Source: an uncultured Candidatus Saccharibacteria bacterium (GTDB taxonomy: Bacteria > Patescibacteriota > Minisyncoccia > Phycocordibacterales > UBA9973). Taken from it: a stretch of 30,233 nucleotides of DNA. Below, piece after piece: positions 27,412-30,233 of this stretch. Both the position numbers and the translations under genes were made by a program. The stretch is from positions 2,873-33,105 of the forward strand of contig CAYRQO010000002.1 of the NCBI GenBank assembly GCA_964426515.1, written 5' to 3'. Positions within the stretch are counted from its first letter, which is position 1; each line of letters starts with the position of its first letter. Below the pieces are notes generated by a model. It saw nothing but the letters and a program-made list of their open reading frames with translations, had not been told where the DNA came from and did not search any database.

Positions 27412-27420
27412 TGTGGATAA
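27412..27420 (-). promoter_or_regulatory. Perfect DnaA-box consensus between divergent promoters
   Basis: TGTGGATAA on plus = TTATCCACA on minus. Confidence 0.45.
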
Positions 27421-27437
27421 CCTAGCAAAAATATAAT

Positions 27438-27466
27438 TGGACAAAATTATAAAGTTGTTATATAAT
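27438..27466 (+). promoter_or_regulatory. sigma70-type promoter TGGACA-17-TATAAT
   Basis: -35 at 27438-27443, consensus -10 at 27461-27466, upstream of ORF 27484. Confidence 0.6.
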
Positions 27467-27483
27467 AAAAAAAACAAACAGCC

Positions 27484-27678
27484 ATGATAATAGACAAAGA
27501 AACATCAAAAGACCTACAGCCCGGACTGTATATGTTTTCGTTTAATAAAAAAGAACTCGTAATTACACAGCTGAGTTCTAATTACCCTGAAAACATCAAA
27601 CTAGGCAAAGATGATAATGATGACCAAAAAATACCCACTTGTTTCGAAGGTAATGAAATCGATACAATGTCGGTATAA
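27484..27678 (+). CDS. Small hypothetical protein (64 aa), own transcription unit
   Basis: Own promoter and terminator; no recognised motif. Confidence 0.6.
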   Translation: MIIDKETSKDLQPGLYMFSFNKKELVITQLSSNYPENIKLGKDDNDDQKIPTCFEGNEIDTMSV

Positions 27679-27681
27679 AAC

Positions 27682-27711
27682 AAAAAGGCTTCCATTATGG
27701 AGCCTTTTTTT
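27682..27711. terminator. Bidirectional intrinsic terminator (orphan / lysS)
   Basis: AAAAA-GGCTTCCA-TTA-TGGAGCC-TTTTTTT. Confidence 0.8.
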
Positions 27712-29197
27712 ATTCTTTTGGATGCATGATTGGGAAGAAAATTATATCGCGGAGATTTTTTTGTTCAGTTAGAATAGCGACGAGTCGATCAATACCCATA
27801 CCAAAGCCGGTCATTGGTGGCATACCATGCTCCATGGCCGTTAAGAATTGTTCATCAATTTGCATAGCTTCATCATCACCTCCTTCTTTAGCTTTTGATT
27901 GAGAAATAAGTAATTCGCGTTGAATTGTTGGGTTAACTAATTCAGCATATTGATTGGTGATTTCAGAACCAGCAATTATTAATTGCGCTACTTGGGCTGT
28001 ACCATCTTCATTTTGTTGAGCCAAAGGTTTTAAATCTCCTGGAAAATTAATAACAAAGGTTGGATTAATAATTTTAGCTCGAGAAGATTTTTTATAAATA
28101 AAATCAAGCAAATTCCCTCGTCCAATTTTTTTGGCTTCCTCTTCTTTCATCCCCCATTTAATAGCTTCGTCTTTTGCTTCTTCGATTGTAATTTTTGTAA
28201 TATCAATGTTGGCATTTTCTTTTAATAAATCAGAAAAAGAAACTCGTGGCCACTTACCTTCAAAATTTACTTCCACACTATTATTATCTTTGTCGTATAC
28301 TGTAAAAATATTTTTACCAATGACATTTTGAGCAACAGATTTAATTAATTCTTCTGTCCATTCTATATTTGTCTCAAGGGTTTGAAAGGCCGCATACCAT
28401 TCAATCATTGTAAATTCTTGAATATGAGTTGGGTCAGAACCTTCATTGCGAAAATTCTTGCCTATTTCATAAACTCGTTCATAACCACCGGCCATTAATT
28501 TTTTATGATCAAGCTCCAGAGCAATACGGAGAACCATTGGCATAGCGTAATCATTGTGATAGGTTTCAAAAACTTTGGCCATGGCCCCGCCGGCTTGGTT
28601 TTGCAAAATTGGAGTTTCAATTTCTAAGAAATTTTTATTATCAAAAAATTCTCGTGTCGCTCGAATAATTTTCGAACGAACGACAAAACGATCGTATACT
28701 TCTTTATCCATCAAAAGATCAAGATAGCGTTTACGATATGTTTCTTCTTGATCTTGCAAGCCATGCCATTTATCAGGAAGTGGTAAAAGCGACTTAGTAG
28801 CCATAACCCAATCTTTTATTAAAATACTTTGCTCACCTCGAGCAGTAACAAATAAATTACCAGTCACGCCAATAAAATCCCCGTTATCAACCGTGGCGAC
28901 AAATAAATCAAAAAGCTCGGCTTTCAATTCATCTTTCTTTAAAACAGCCTGAAGTCGTTCACTACCAGATTGAAGGACAATAAAAAGTATCGCCCCTTGT
29001 CCGCGAACAATCATAACCCGACCAATAGTTGAAATATTTTTTTCGTCAGATATTTTACTTAATTCTTCAAATTTATTTTTAATTTCCGAGATTGAATAAT
29101 CACAAGAAATTGCCCGAGGATATGGATCCATCCCGGCGTCTTTTAATAATTCTATTTTTTTAATACGCGTATCGCGTAGTTCTTCAATTGAGGCCAT
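27710..29197 (-). CDS. lysS: Lysyl-tRNA synthetase, class II
   Basis: OB-fold GRVMIVR, YRKRYLDL, FLEIETP, YEIGKNFRNEG, EFTMIE, GMPPMTGFGMGIDRL; start set at 29197 (MASIEE). Confidence 0.97.
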   Translation of the reverse strand: MASIEELRDTRIKKIELLKDAGMDPYPRAISCDYSISEIKNKFEELSKISDEKNISTIGRVMIVRGQGAILFIVLQSGSERLQAVLKKDELKAELFDLFVATVDNGDFIGVTGNLFVTARGEQSILIKDWVMATKSLLPLPDKWHGLQDQEETYRKRYLDLLMDKEVYDRFVVRSKIIRATREFFDNKNFLEIETPILQNQAGGAMAKVFETYHNDYAMPMVLRIALELDHKKLMAGGYERVYEIGKNFRNEGSDPTHIQEFTMIEWYAAFQTLETNIEWTEELIKSVAQNVIGKNIFTVYDKDNNSVEVNFEGKWPRVSFSDLLKENANIDITKITIEEAKDEAIKWGMKEEEAKKIGRGNLLDFIYKKSSRAKIINPTFVINFPGDLKPLAQQNEDGTAQVAQLIIAGSEITNQYAELVNPTIQRELLISQSKAKEGGDDEAMQIDEQFLTAMEHGMPPMTGFGMGIDRLVAILTEQKNLRDIIFFPIMHPKE

Positions 29198-29201
29198 AGC
29201 T

Positions 29202-29666
29202 CTATTGTATATCAAGTAGAGTGTATTTGACTAGTCCCTTGGGTGTTTTAATAGAAACGACATCACCTTTTTTTCGGCCAAACAACGATTCGCCAAGTGG
29301 TGATTTATTTGAGATTTTATTGTTGGCCATGTCGGCTTCTTCGGCGCCAACAATACTATAAACAATTTCGTCTTTAGAATTTTCTTTTCTGACTTTAACC
29401 GTGGTACCAATTTCAACATTATCACTCTTGTGTTTTTTAACAACAACAGCTGATTTTAACATGTGATCAATTTGAATAATTCGGTCTTCGGTTTTTCCTT
29501 GATCTTCGCGGGCTTGATGATATTCAGCATTTTCCGACAAATCTCCCAAAGCTCGAGCGGCCTCTAAGGCCTCAAGAATTTCTTTTCTTTTGGTAGTTTT
29601 TAAATGATTTAATTCTTCTTGTAAAGCTTTCTTTTTTTCTTCAGTTATATAATTTATTTCTTCCAT
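29202..29666 (-). CDS. greA: Transcription elongation factor GreA
   Basis: AARALGDLSENAEY, YSIVGAEEAD, ISNKSPLG; alternative start 29675. Confidence 0.96.
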   Translation of the reverse strand: MEEINYITEEKKKALQEELNHLKTTKRKEILEALEAARALGDLSENAEYHQAREDQGKTEDRIIQIDHMLKSAVVVKKHKSDNVEIGTTVKVRKENSKDEIVYSIVGAEEADMANNKISNKSPLGESLFGRKKGDVVSIKTPKGLVKYTLLDIQ

Positions 29667-29711
29667 AATTGGCATATAATACACGGTTTTTGATAATAAG
29701 TAAACCCCTAA

Positions 29712-29726
29712 ATAGGACTTGCCTAT
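29712..29726. repeat. Palindrome copy 4 (ATAGG-ACTTG-CCTAT)
   Basis: 5-bp stem with 5-nt loop in the PBP2-greA gap. Confidence 0.5.
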
Positions 29727-29729
29727 GTT

Positions 29730-30233
29730 TTATTTCAGATACTCAGGGGTATAGACACTCATGTAATCAATTACTTCGCTCATTACGCGGGTGGCATTAC
29801 CGGAAGCGGCTTTGGGGCCACGCTCCATAACAAGAGCAAAAGAATAGCGAGGATTTTCATATGGGAAAAAACCAACAATCCAGGAATTGGTATTGGTATT
29901 ACCAAGTCCAACCTGAGCTGTTCCCGATTTAGCCGCAACTTCAACATTTGGAATATTAAGAGCCATGCAAGTCCCTTCCGTCACAGCCATTCGCATTCCT
30001 TCGTGAATAACTTTCATTTTGTCTTCCGCAATTGGAATCGTCATCACTTGTGATCGATAACTCTCATCAGCCAAAGTGATATGCGGGGTCTGCACAATCC
30101 CCATATTTGCAATTCCTGCGACAGCCCGAGCCATTTGAATTGGTGTAACTTGAAAACCGTACTGGCCGATAGAAGTATTGTACGTATCTCCCACACGCCA
30201 AATATCTCCATCAAAGTTTTTTTCTATCCATTC
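29730..30233 (-). CDS. C-terminal part of a penicillin-binding protein 2 (MrdA-like); runs off the window end
   Basis: Frame open to base 30233; SIGQYG, VTPIQMA, GMRMAV, KSGTAQ, WIVGFFP. Confidence 0.88.
   Translation of the reverse strand, partial: EWIEKNFDGDIWRVGDTYNTSIGQYGFQVTPIQMARAVAGIANMGIVQTPHITLADESYRSQVMTIPIAEDKMKVIHEGMRMAVTEGTCMALNIPNVEVAAKSGTAQVGLGNTNTNSWIVGFFPYENPRYSFALVMERGPKAASGNATRVMSEVIDYMSVYTPEYLK

Noticed and set aside
27295-27477. 61-residue N-terminal extension of MraZ shown in the ORF track
   Set aside because: It covers the promoter and MraZ-box region; the conserved MraZ start is MLIGEY at 27294.
27295-27483. Replication origin
   Set aside because: Only one perfect DnaA box, no box cluster and no dnaA/dnaN nearby; the repeats are better explained as MraZ boxes.
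65-29446. Many 60-150 aa ORFs antisense to or overlapping real genes (e.g. 2304-2753, 6872-7249, 7038-7415, 8815-9207, 12665-12997, 22146-22391, 27161-27436)
   Set aside because: They overlap well-supported genes, have Ser/Phe/Ile-rich shadow composition and no motifs.
9537-29726. CRISPR array or IS ends as the explanation for the palindromes
   Set aside because: The copies are kilobases apart with no spacer periodicity, and there are no cas, transposase or integrase genes or target-site duplications in the window.

Overview
AT-rich bacterial DNA in standard code 11 (TGA is used as stop, e.g. purQ, purL). It is most likely from a Patescibacteria/CPR genome (Parcubacteria-like). This is inferred from the pbp2-greA-lysS and mraZ-rsmH-ftsL-like-pbp-murF gene order, the MurF N-terminal extension and the scarcity of Shine-Dalgarno sites. 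About 18 kb (110-18360) is an essentially complete de novo purine island: folD, purB, purC, purM, purE, purH, guaA, guaB, purA, purD, purN, purF, purQ and a PurL carrying two fused PurS-like repeats. purK is absent from the window. After the island come a peroxiredoxin-like gene remnant, terC and eno. Next is an accessory locus (21060-22590) with back-to-back sigma70 promoters. One promoter drives a candidate ~150-nt U-rich non-coding RNA. The other drives a 4-ORF orphan operon whose first two proteins look like diverged tandem paralogs. The rest is a dcw fragment (murF, PBP, ftsL-like, rsmH, mraZ with MraZ boxes), a stand-alone orphan, lysS, greA and the 3' end of a PBP2 gene. Four intergenic palindromes share an AGG-N5-CCT core. 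I saw no tRNA, rRNA, CRISPR array, integrase or transposase. All family assignments come from motif recognition by eye, not from database searches.
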